A stretch of 64,000 nucleotides of DNA from Tubiluchus corallicola (taxonomy: Eukaryota; Animalia; Priapulida), in assembly GCA_030141605.1 (NCBI GenBank), contig JAQGDQ010000034.1:930001-994000 (forward strand), in the 5' to 3' direction. This document shows positions 1-12,400 of this stretch, one piece after another. The position numbers and the translations under genes are program-made. The notes beneath the pieces were generated by a model. It ran no database searches, was not told the DNA's origin, and worked only from the letters and a program-made list of their open reading frames with translations. Position 1 is the stretch's first letter. The number at the start of each line of letters is the position of its first letter.

Positions 1-84
1 CTAATAAACAAACTATAACTACCACAGTGAGAAATTATAGATGTAAAAGACTGACACGCAGACATTGCTTTAAACTTTCTCTAC

Positions 85-1065
85 CTTTTCAGACAGATGC
101 TTGTCGTCGGTTTTGCTCTGTACAAGGCCAGGCTCTGCTTTAAATGACAGCATCTCCACATCGTCTAAAGATACAGCTTGTTCTTCTAATGGCGAACCCT
201 GTTTGGTAAAGTCATCACCGTTAGATCAATGTGACGTAAAATAAAATTAAGTAGGCTAGTAAATTAATTAAACACATTAACGACTGTTGTAAATTTACAG
301 AAAATTGGAAACGCAGTACCGCCAAGCAGAAATATGTGCTTCACAGAATCAAAAGCCAGAAATCGTTTAGATTATCGTGTTAAATACCTAGTGGAAATTT
401 CCGTGAAAATCATGATCAAAATCTTAAAAGCAATACCCTGGAACTACTACCCGCACACATGAAAAACTATGTAACTGGTCAACAGAAATAAGTTTAGAGA
501 TTTATTGTCTTTTAAAAAAATCAATAAGCAAACGTAAAGAACCCTGATTAATCAATACGAACGTTTAAACAATATTGCAGTGTGAGGCTATTTAAATTGT
601 GGGCTAATGGGCATAGGTCCAGTGTGCCTAAGCCTTAAAAGGGCCTTGATAAAATTTTTGAACCAAATTAAATAATTTCGTACATGTCTAGTACCTACAC
701 TTATTATGTAATTATAGAAAGTTTAAGTATCAACAAAATCTGTAAATTTCCTTTTAATTTCAACTATAAAATATATAATTCTGTCTACTACACATTAATA
801 AAATAATAACATTTATACCTGCCAGTTAGAATTAATAAAATTAAATTAAACTGATAAAACTCACCTGATTAATGACTACTTGTGGCACAGTGTCTTCGCA
901 AATGACCATTTCTCCATTTTTGCCCGACTGCTCAATTTCTGGGCCACCCTGTTCACATCCGGGATCCATTTCTTCGAATGCCTCCTCCCGAGCAGCAGTC
1001 TCCCCCTCTTCTTCCTCGATCTCATGTTGTTTGTAAAGGCGTGACTTGCTTGATTTCCTTTCCAT
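85..1065 (-). CDS. 5' part of an unidentified gene (acidic, low-complexity N-terminus), continues beyond the left edge
   Basis: Exons 1065-865 (MERKSSKSRL...PQVVINQ, donor CAG|GTGAGT; TTTTTTCAG acceptor just upstream of 1081) and 198-85 (GSPLEEQAV...KHLSEK, 114 nt, phase 0 at both ends) splice in frame. No recognisable domain. Confidence 0.65.
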
Positions 1066-1755
1066 CTATTTCTAACTAACGCTGAAAAAATGATGTTCAG
1101 CATGATATAATGTTCACTTGTTTTTCTTCAAAAACTAGTTCAAACACTACATTCCCTTTCACCAGTGGCGGTTTGTGTATAGGTGCTGTGGAACTGCAGC
1201 ACCCCCCCCCCATTTTTACTCAATATTATCGATGATATTCAATAATTTAAGTCTTTTTTCTTTAGTCCTTTATTTATACTGGTATAAACCAAAGCACGCG
1301 CAGGTAGTACTGTTTGCTCCACAGCCCAGCACAGTGGTGTGTTTGGCTGTATGTTGCACTGATAGCATCTGCTGCCAGGTAGAGAAAGTACTGCCGCTCG
1401 CACAGTTCTGTTGGCAGCTGCTTAAAATCGTGTACTGGCATATTCTTGAACTGCGGCAATTTAGGCTATTCGTAAGAAAAAATGTTTTTGTTTAGGATTT
1501 TATCAAGTTTATGTATAAATGTTTGTTTGTTTAAAATTACAATTACAAATTACAACGTTAAAATTATACATGTTTGTTTCACTTCACACAGTATTAAAAT
1601 AATGGCTAAAAATGTTCTGAAGCATTACTAATTTTAAGTATAGGCCGCCATTGCCTTTTGCCAGCTCTACCTTCTCTTTAATAAGTGCTAATGTTTTTTA
1701 TTAATTAAATTAGTGATTATTTTAGTTGAATTACCAAAATTTTCACTAATGTGTG

Positions 1756-2042
1756 CTAAGGGCTGTACCACACTCTTGGCTACTAAGGGCTGTACCACAC
1801 TCTTGGCTACTAAGGGCTGTACCACACTCTTGGCTACTAAGGGCTGTACCACTCTTGGCTACTAAGGGCTGTACCACACTCTTGGCTACTAAGGGCTGTA
1901 CCACTCTTGGCTACTAAGGGCTGTACCACTCTTGGCTACTAAGGGCTGTACCACACTCTTGGCTACTAAGGGCTGTACCACACTCTTGGCTACTAAGGGC
2001 TGTACCACTCTTGGCTACTAAGGGCTGTACCACACTCTTGGC
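1756..2042. repeat. 27/25-bp minisatellite, 11 units
   Basis: Unit CTAAGGGCTGTACCA(CA)CTCTTGGCTA, head to tail, no spacers. Confidence 0.97.
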
Positions 2043-2898
2043 AGGCACAGTGCAGAATATTTTTGCAAAAAAAACCTTCTTTAATTCATTTTCTCATTTG
2101 ATTTCATACAGCTTGTCAGATAAACATATAAAACATTGTAGAAGCACCCGAATTTATGAAACTACAAAGTAAGAATGTGTGATCTGGTGGGTCAAAGGCG
2201 AAGAGCTCAGGGAAAATCGGCCATTTTGTGCATTGTGAGAACTGCCATCAAATGGCAGCGTAAGTTGAACTTTTTTTCTACAGAAACTAGCAAAAACTGT
2301 ATGAAATAAAAAAAGGGAGCTGTTGGTAGGAAATTTGGAACTTGTTGCTAGGGGCGAAAGATGAGTCATCCCCAAAACATGCGATTTTCTACTTTCGGTA
2401 CAAATGTAGAAGCTTCTAAGCATTTCTTCTAAATACATCAAGAAAATATCACCGTTGTGCAAAAATTTACAGGAAATTTTGACTATGCCCAATTTTGGGT
2501 CATTAGGAATTAACAAAATGTAATAAACAAGAATAAACACGTAATAACTTAGTAATAACATCAAATAGCATTTTAAATTAAAGTTAGTCTGCCATCAACG
2601 AAAGGCTTACATGAAGCTTAGTCCAATCAACAATGTAAAGCATAAGAAGAAAATATATACATTTTGGTATATTTTTCTAGTACACGTCTCTTACATTTAC
2701 TCACTTATTATAATAGATGGTAATACAAGAAAACAATTAGGCAGTGACATAGCATTGACCCATGGTAATGGTAGAATAGCCAAGCTCCTTTAATTATACA
2801 ATGTGCTCAATTGTACCCACCACCAGTGAAAGTGTGCACTCAAAATCCATGGGCAAGCAAGGGTTAAGGTAAGACTGTCCCTTTTTCATGCTTCGGTG

Positions 2899-3216
2899 CC
2901 ACACTATAAAATATTCAATATGCCGTACGTTCCTTTCACCCCTTTGCAAGAATGGAACTGTCCCCAACGTGTTCTACTTTCACAAAGCCAACCTGCCACT
3001 ACCGCCACTATAAAATATTCAACATGCCATACGTTCCTTTCACCCCCTTGCAAGAATGGAACTGTCCCCAACGTGTTCTACTTTTACAAAGCCAACCTGC
3101 CACTACCCACACTATAAAATATTCAACATGCCATACGTTCCTTTCACCCCCTTGCAAGAATGGAACTGTCCCCAACGTGTTCTACTTTTACAAAGCCAAC
3201 CTGCCACTACCCACAC
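2899..3216. repeat. Tandem repeat, 3 x 104 bp
   Basis: CACTATAAAATATTCAA recurs at 2902, 3006 and 3110; near-identical copies; explains three overlapping repetitive ORFs. Confidence 0.95.
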
Positions 3217-6200
3217 TCCCATCTCTCACGAGCTGCTGAAACCATCCAATTAGCAACATTGATCTTTTACAAAGCTAGAACAGGCTGCCCTGCATTAAAA
3301 ATTCAGGTTAGACTTTGACTGTTCAACCTACATATAGGCAGCCATGCAACAGATTGTTTAGTTTGAGCAGGGATATATTGCCATCATGTGGGGTAAAGCA
3401 AACAGAGTGCAAATAAAAGCGCAAACATTCGTAAAACTCGCGGGAAACTAGTTAACGTTAATGTTTGAGAGAAGAAAGGGTAATGCCGGACTAATGGATG
3501 GATGTAACCTTCAACTACGTGAAGGTGAAAGAAAATGAAATAACTTTCCTCACAAACAAAAAAAGACGTGTCAATAATTATACAGTTCACACAACATGGC
3601 AATCTGCTGGGGAACTTTTAGCACTCATAATGTTATGAAAGATATCACAATGTAATTAATTTTACTAGCAATTTTCTTGCTGTTTCATAAGCTAAGAAAC
3701 TAAGGATCATATAACAAAATCTATTCGAAGTCACGCATGTTTAATTAAGAGAGCGAAAATTAAATTTTATCAGTGTTTGAAAATGACCAAAGAAAACAGC
3801 AATGACGCACCACAACCACTATTACATTTTGATTAGAAATTTAAAACCAAAATGATTTTTGCTTTTAAAACGAGTTACACCTACAATGTGTACATATAAT
3901 AAACTTACTGACATAGATTTGTACTATACGCTTAATTAAGGAATTAGCAGCTGTAATTTATGCACCTCATCTATAAGAAAATAGTATGCACACAGTATGC
4001 ATTACTGTACATATTTAAACAAGTTTATTCATACAAACAGGAATAGAAATACCAGCAGCTTTTTTGTTCTAAATAAGGTAATAAGGATGAAGGAAGGAGT
4101 CGTAGAATAATTTTAGCATATTAGAATTAGGGCTCGGGTGACTACTTCGGAGAATCCGATATCTTGATTGTTCGTGCAAGTATGAATAATCATTTGCAAA
4201 ATTAGAACATCTTCGTTTTATAATGCTTCACCAACTTACGTACAGTTAACTGTCGAATCAGTGGACAAAACAGAAACCAAATGACTACTGGTTCGAGGAT
4301 GTTTTCCTGTGGGAGTGCAAATATTTATGCGGTAGCCATAAACAATAGATCTACCCACTTAATAACTCTGACTTTCATCCGATGCTTAGATTAATAGGCT
4401 TTCTTTTAAGACTTGGTTTCTTTTTCAACACCACGATGAATTTACTGTACTAAACAATTCAAATTAAGCAGAACGGGCAGAAACATGGGGAAACAGATCT
4501 TCTGATACTTTTTAAGAATTGGCATGCACACTCAACAACAAATACTTGTTACGCCACCAGTGAAGTTTCGCTTCACCCCGAATTTCAAACTAGTTATTGG
4601 ACCTGACATTCAGGTTACCGGACACTGCTTCTGACAATTATTGTTTTGGTTTCTGCCGATACGACAGTTAATTGTAATTCCATTTGTCTTGTTTTCAGGA
4701 AAATATTCCACATGGTAGCCCTGGGTAGCGAAAATGATCTCTCTGAAGAAACTGTCAAATTGCTAGATTAGCGTATCTATTGAAACAGCGCTGTGCAGCT
4801 CAAAACAGTCAAAGTCGACCAAGTTTTTCATTATTGCACAATATCACACTTCTTACCTCAATGTAACCTCATATACTAAAACAGACATTTACATAATGCG
4901 TATGTACATTGTGTTCGGTGTTGCACTCTGCTGTTCATTCATGAAGACAGAGAAAAATGGCAGAGTTCGTCATCGCAATAAAGCCCATAACTGCAAAAGC
5001 AAAAATTATTTTATCACATAACAGCCATGCTAGGTCTGTCGCAGATGCGAGCATTTAATTTACAGTTTATTATTAATTTTGATTTGTAGTTTTAAACTTC
5101 AGTTTTTCATTACCACTAAGTCAGTGCTGACATCTGTTTGTATACTTGGAAGTTTCCAATATATGTATGTACTTGCTACTGCTATATGTTTGTATGGAAC
5201 TGGGTTACTGGGTTTCTCTGTGAATGTAGTAGTTTTTCACACTTGGTAGCAAGATTAGAGGACAAGCAATAGGCTTAAACAGTGGTTTGGTTATAATAAC
5301 GTAGTGCCATGAAATATTGGCTGATGGATTTACTTTAACTTTTGTTTACTACTGTTGATTATGTTTACCATTTACGTGTATATGTGGACTGACTATGATT
5401 TTGAGTAATACTGATCGCAAAGTTAAACCATGTTTTCATCCAGTGATTTCATCTGTTTAACACAAACATCGCAACTACAAAACCAGTCTGCCAATGTCGG
5501 TTGTTAGCTCTCCCTAAAACACCCCAGCGACAACTTTAGCGTCACAACAAGGTCTGCCTGTTTTATTTTTTTCCTACAGTGCAGTCAGTGCTGCTCTAAC
5601 TACAACTACAGCAATGATAACGGTACAGGCAGTTCATTTATTACCTGTGAAGTGAGGAATTACCTATGGCCTCACTTCACTAGCAAAATCTCGATATCAA
5701 TATTAGTTCCCAATAAAAACAGTATTAAATTGTTTGTAACCTGTTAATATGTAACATGAACATGTTAATGATAACTTACACATGTGAACAGAAATTATTA
5801 ATTTGGTTGCAGATGTAATTTGTTTTTGAAACACTCTGAAAGATGACCTTAAATAACATGTCAAATTGATACGCAGACATTCTTATCAAATTTAAGATAG
5901 ATCTACCAGTTTACCAGTTTGAGATTTGATTTGATTTTTTAATTTAACGCTTTATTTCTAATTAAAATTCATATTTACACGCACAAATAAAAAACAAACA
6001 TAAAAAATACATGCACCACAATTACACGATATCTACAACACTATATGTATACTACATACACAAAAGATAAAGATAAATTATCCAGTGATGCTTAGCACCA
6101 AAAAGTGCCTAACTATAATTACTATATAACAAGATTCTCCACTGTCTTCTAATGTAATCACGTTCAGTTAAAGCTTTAATTAATGAATTTGTACTACACA

Positions 6201-6769
6201 ATACTCTCATGTACAAACTGTAAGCCATTTTCCTATGTATAACATCAATGTACGTAACATTATGATTTACTGAAATTATTCTAGCACTCTCATCGCATGA
6301 ATTAGTGAACAGTTTCTGTTTAGAGATGTTATGAGCTACTTTAAGTTTAGTTAAACTGTAGTTATAAAAATTCTGCCACGTGCTATTTGAGTTCGAAAAC
6401 TATGATTTGAGCTGATGAAATCACTGTTTGAAAAAGCTTGAATCTAACAGAGCTCAGTGAACCAAGCAGTATACAGTTCCAGTGCGTGCCAGTATTTTGG
6501 GTGTACACTGTCTGGGAAAGCTTCCCTTTCCATGTTTATTTCTAACAATTTGCAGCCTATCTTTTACTTTAAAAATGACAAGCTGATAGCGCCACAACTT
6601 CTGAAGCTAAATACTTGAAATAGCTGAAATACATTTCCTCTACAATTCCTGAAATATTTCACTAAAACGAGTTCATCCTGCACATAATTCACATGATTTT
6701 ATTGATTTTTGTCTAACACAAAAAGTCCTGATACTGTTTGGGCACTACAGAAGCGCACAAGCAAAACTT

Positions 6770-6992
6770 CAGCAGATTGTTTACGTCACTAAAGGAAGAC
6801 GTATATGAATACATGGCAAACACGCCTCTTGATTTAGCGTTTAATCTCATCTACATGATTATCCTTGCCACTGAATGAAGTTACCTCAGCAGATTGTTTA
6901 TGTCATTAAAGGAAGAAATATACAAATACATGGTAAACACGCCTTGTTGATTTAGCGTTTAATCTCATCTACCTGATTATCCTTGCCACTGA
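6770..6992. repeat. Tandem duplication, 2 x ~117 bp
   Basis: CAGCAGATTGTTTA...GATTATCCTTGCCACTGA at ~6770 and ~6887 with scattered substitutions. Confidence 0.9.
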
Positions 6993-9441
6993 GTAAAGTT
7001 CTAGTCTGATGCTACATAAAATATAATGCTAAGCTACAGTTACAGGAGTATCGTTCTCTATAACGTTGCACAGGATCGGATCAAACAGATTTAATTTCAC
7101 TGTGCTTCATTTGCCGTCATGCATGCAGTGTGTTATTGTTGGAACTGAATTAACAGCTACCTAGCAAACATCAAAATTTCAGTCCGTCTATGTGACCAGG
7201 TGACCATGAAATGACCTTAAATCCTGTTCTACTTCAGATAATGTGGGAAATGAGTTCTGAGTGCTACTATACATGAATAACTTAGGCTAGTACTTTTACA
7301 TCATTTCACGAGTATCTATTCACTAATGACCTTAATTGTATGTTCTCATAACTATTTTTCCTAGAATTTCTTTGAAAAAGCACGATATCTGTATATTTTT
7401 TAGGATAAATCCAACAAACTGGGCTAGACTCAAGTATTGTCAGCCTTAATAACACAGCAGTCAATACAGCCCAAAACAAAACGCGGCAAAAGCAAAAGTG
7501 TGATACCTTTATGCGGCCATGTCATGCATAAATTCGAGAGAAAATACAAACTAAAGAAGCTGTCTAAATATAGGTAAAGAAAACAGTAAAAGGAGATGAA
7601 CTAACCGCAAATCGTAAGTTCATTCTTGTGTACAATTAATCTACAATATCACACATTATACCTAGAGCTACAAAACATCACATTTTACTAACAAGAAAAC
7701 ACACAATAGAATATAAAATCTTTGTCGAAATTTGAGAAATCAGCAACAAGAAACGGGCCCTTACGATGACGTCATGTACACCTACGCTAGATCGTGCCAT
7801 CTATTGGGGTGAAATAAAAATGATTGGTTTCCGCCTTTTTCTGCTAGTAGAACAACACTGAGAAAATTTAAAAATAATAAAATTAATGCTGTTTTAATCT
7901 TTATTTACTTCGAATATAAGAAATAAATGCCAAATTTGTTTCCTTGATAATGACTTCAATTAAGAATGTGCAAATAGACCTGGTTTTAATAAAAATTGTT
8001 AAAGTAACCCTAACAATTTTTTTATATTTGCTTCAAATTGCTTGATGGTAAATGGTTACAATACGTAATTATACTATTTTATAAAATATTGTGCTTAAGT
8101 TAATGTAATTGCTAAAACCCTCAAGTGTAAAAAAGAAATACACATACAGAAAAAATATAACTATGTTTAAATAATTAATGAAAGTTTATTAAAATATTTT
8201 TACAAAAACATACAATTTACAGCGCAAAACAAATCTTTCTGAGGTAGTTCTGCAGTTTCAATGAGCTCACAGATTTTCTCATCTTATACTTTTATGTGCA
8301 TCAAAAAGTAAACTATTCATATTATGTATTATCTTAAGAGCCTTTAATAGAAAATCAGTGATCCTGATAAAAAATAATGTGCAAAATACCTATTATAATT
8401 TTAAGTGTGGCATTTGCCTAGCATTTAGAATGTGCATGTATCATGCAGATACGAAATAGATAAAAATCGGTTTGTATTGTTTTCAATGAACCCATTTATC
8501 AGACCTGCATTTTTTCTTTGGCTATTTCCTCTTGATTTTTTTATACGCAGCTATCATACGCAGGTGGATAACACACAACATTTTGGATGCTAGGTAAACC
8601 CCACTTAGGAAGGCAGAAATTCGTAATTTGGTGAATATATTTCAGCAAAGTGCCTAATACCTCAGGTTAATAGTGATCAAATATGTGCGTTATGCCTACA
8701 AATACAGATACCACAATTTACTTAAGAAATAAAATGGTTCTGTAACTTCACACAATGTTACTAATTATTTACAATGAACAAAAACACCAATTTCAGCGCC
8801 TTATTTATAAATAATCACCCGATTCTGCATCTCATAAAAAATACGAGTTGGAACAGTACAAAAAATGGCAGCAGAAATTTAGATTTTCCAGAGACTTCAT
8901 ATGTTTCATGGATGAACTAGTAATGTACAATTTTTCATTGCCTTTGTGTCTCAACCTTAATTACTTGGCCACTCGTAAAATAAATGTGAAATACTTTAGT
9001 CTTTTATCTTTCCCCATAAGACTGTAGGTTGCGGAAGATGTACAATGCTTCTACACTAAATATTAAAAGCATGACAGATTCTGAATTCACCAAGCAGTCC
9101 CATAGTGAAATAAATTATTCTGTGCTTTTCCTCATTGTATTTATTATTCTCTAGTAAAGGGCTATGTTACATTACGATGCTTCATATTTGATTTAGAATA
9201 CCTGTTACAGGCCAAAGATCTTATTTAACAATAAACACAACAAAACTAATGTACCACAATTGATGACCTTTAATTCCATCTTTATTCTCTGTTGTGAAAA
9301 ATCATGTCTACTTATATCACTTCTGCACTTCTGACAGTTATTGTCCTTGGTCTTGCTGTCAAGCTTTTATTTAACAAAGAAGCATTAGTAACTATACTTA
9401 AAACTGCAGAAAGCTGAAGGCATGCAGACAGCACACACCAT

Positions 9442-12400
9442 CTACACCAGATCATAAATGTCCATCAGACATCGCACGGTCAGTGACTTTTCGAGATTTT
9501 CCAAAATGACATGTTCCCAGGCGAAAAATGTCAAATTCATAGGGGTACTGTACATGAGAAACCCGTTATCACTGAAGCGACCTTTTATACCGTACGCCTC
9601 CAGCCACACAAATGCTGCAATATGATCAGATGAAAGTTGTACGCTGAAGACGTAACTTGAATCTTGAGCAATGTCACTTATCTGCAACAATAACATGTCA
9701 CTTATGTGCATACAGTAAAATATTTGTACTTATTGAAAACTGTCTTCTAATAAACCTACAATTTATAATCAGTGAGCACCCCAACTCTTCTAAATTGTTT
9801 TTTGGAAGACAACTTCGATGTTCAAATGGTACAATGGAGACCTCACCTTACCTTGTACGGTATGTTAAACCCAATCCATCAATCCAGTTGAAATAGAAGA
9901 CTGGAAACTATTACAGTAGCAGAGTGGTATTACAGTAGTATCAGTATACACTTGTATAGTGAATTAGTTCAGAACAGTCACACCTCGTTAAATTGCCAAC
10001 TTTGTTTAATGCTATAGTTTTGGAAAAACAAAATGTCTATACAGCCAACCTCGGATATAAGGGACACCTCCGGAATGGAAAAAATCGTCCCTTATATCCA
10101 ATGTCCCTTATAGCAGAAGTTAAGTCAGACCGAAGGTGTATCTAGACTTGCAACCTCTATATACCTCATCTATTATGCGGTTTTTATTACGTGGGACCTG
10201 AAGACATCGTCCCTTATATCCGAGTAACTTATATACAAAGAATTTTACAAGGAAAAACGTTATGAAAAATCGGGACTGGTGTTGGTGGTCCCTTATAAAC
10301 AAGTACCTTATACCCGGTTGACTATATTTGCAAACACATGTATGTATTAATGTACCTCGTCACAATGGCAAACTTGCTACAACGTCAACCATTACTGAAG
10401 TCCTAGAATCGGCAGAATAAAGAGGCTGGACTGTATTCAGACAATACTTGAAAGCCAATCCTTTAGAATTGAAATGTTACATTGGAAACAAATCTTTTGG
10501 AATTCAGGCAATACAGGTGGAGACCAATTCTTTAGAGTTTAGACAGCGAAAACCAATCTTCCACAGGATTACAGACGGAAAAAACTTTGGTGTTGTGAGC
10601 TTTTGTTCAAGACAATAATCCTTTTCCTAGGATTTAAGCTATGTCAAAATAAGGCACAGTCAGCACCACACAGTGGTCAGAAAAGGAGAAGAGCAAGAAT
10701 TGATGGATCTTTAACAAACGAGGCATCTGTGTCAGTACTGCGTTCAAAACTGCATCGCAGAATTTAGTTAGACAATTTAGCACATGCAAGTCATTTAGTT
10801 GTTGTACAAACAGGTTCTTGGATTAGTAATAGACAGAAACAGATTATTATAATTATATACAGTTGTCCTCGCCGGTGGTTAGAAAATTGAGAAATTTTTA
10901 ACGGTATTTAGCTCTGTAAGAACATTTACTTAGCTTTTACATGCACAATACTTGCAAGACATCAGATAAGACATCCTAGCAGTTACACCACATTCTCTAA
11001 TTACAGTAAAATTAATTCAGCTTCATTGACTCCAGATATTTGGCTGAATTCCCTAGTTTGTCACCGAATTAACATTAATGAAATAAATCATAGAAAACAA
11101 ATAAGTCGAATATATAAAGATCTATAAACCATTTAAGATAAAAAACGACATCGTAGGTCAAATAACCTGTACCCAGCAGGTATTCTTACAGGTGACATCG
11201 ATAAAAAATATTTTGGAATCAACAACCAAAAATTCCTCATTCAACCTTACAATTGAACAGCCGAAATCACAAAAATTGATTTTGTGTTTACCTCAGCTCA
11301 CGTAATACAGTAAATAGAAAACAATTTTCTTTTCAGTACATATTTACCTTCACGGTGCCACGTTGAAGATTTGCACTCTTGAAGGTTGTCAGGAAAAGTT
11401 GATTAGACGGTCCTAGAAGACTGCCATCTGGTGTTAGAAGTTGAACATTGACGAAACATTCGCTTCTGCTACATTTGCCAGCTAAGAGCTCTTCCGTGTA
11501 AGCTGTGTATACCTCCACCACAGACAAGGCTGGCTGAAACCGTAACAGAGTTCAAACGTTACTGTGAATTTCTCGAATGCTCTTTAATTATTAAGAACAC
11601 GTAATTTCTAATAACATGGCAGTATTTCGCTACTTAAAATGTTTTAATTGAATAGCATGACTTAATCCACAAAGCCAGATGCCTGATGAAGAATGACATT
11701 AAAATAAACCTAAGTTGCTGTTATTCAAATAATGGTTTTTTTCCATTAGCTCAAGTTTTCATATGAAAATTTCAGTCACAGTTTTAGGCTGAAATTGCTC
11801 TAATGTGTGTAGATAGACACCAGTAAGAATATTCTTTGCGTCTTCACAAGTGTAAATATCATAGGGCAACTAAGACCACAGAGCTAATTTAAGAAAATAC
11901 AGCTTTAGCATAAAAACCTATCATTAAGAGCTCTCACTGCTTTTGCAGTGCATAGTAAGCTGAGAAGTGATGACGCATAGTTTTATACCAGTAATACTAT
12001 ATCCATCGGTTAATGGGTCCAGTCAGTTTTAGAGATTCAAGAACAGTTTTATCTCACATGGTTTGTTTAATTTCCAAAGTTAAGTTTTGACCCATTTAAT
12101 TTTAATGTATTTCGTTCATGTATCTTGTTCAGTGTTTGTCGCTGTGTGTTCTACCTTGCTTATGCTTTTAAATTTTTTTATATTTTGTAATTTTATACTG
12201 TACTGTAATTCAACCTTTTGGTTGTAACGATGATAAGTAAACTTATTACAGTCGGTTAATTGGGTGTCAAAGCATTTCCATCCCAAAGTGAGTCCAATAA
12301 ACGGTGCCCACTGTAATAGAAAATGGCCAAAAGAATTTTTTAAGTAAAAATAAAAATGGAGTGATACGTGCCACATTAACATTAATTTTCTTCTGAACAA

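Noticed and set aside
1756-2042. CRISPR-like 27-bp repeats
   Set aside because: Units are contiguous with no unique spacers, no cas genes, eukaryotic context.
2896-3253. Three overlapping repetitive ORFs
   Set aside because: Artefact of a 104-bp period cycling through frames.
6410-6440. Hammerhead ribozyme core (CTGATGA...GAAA)
   Set aside because: Stem II does not pair and no stem III or cleavage triplet can be placed.
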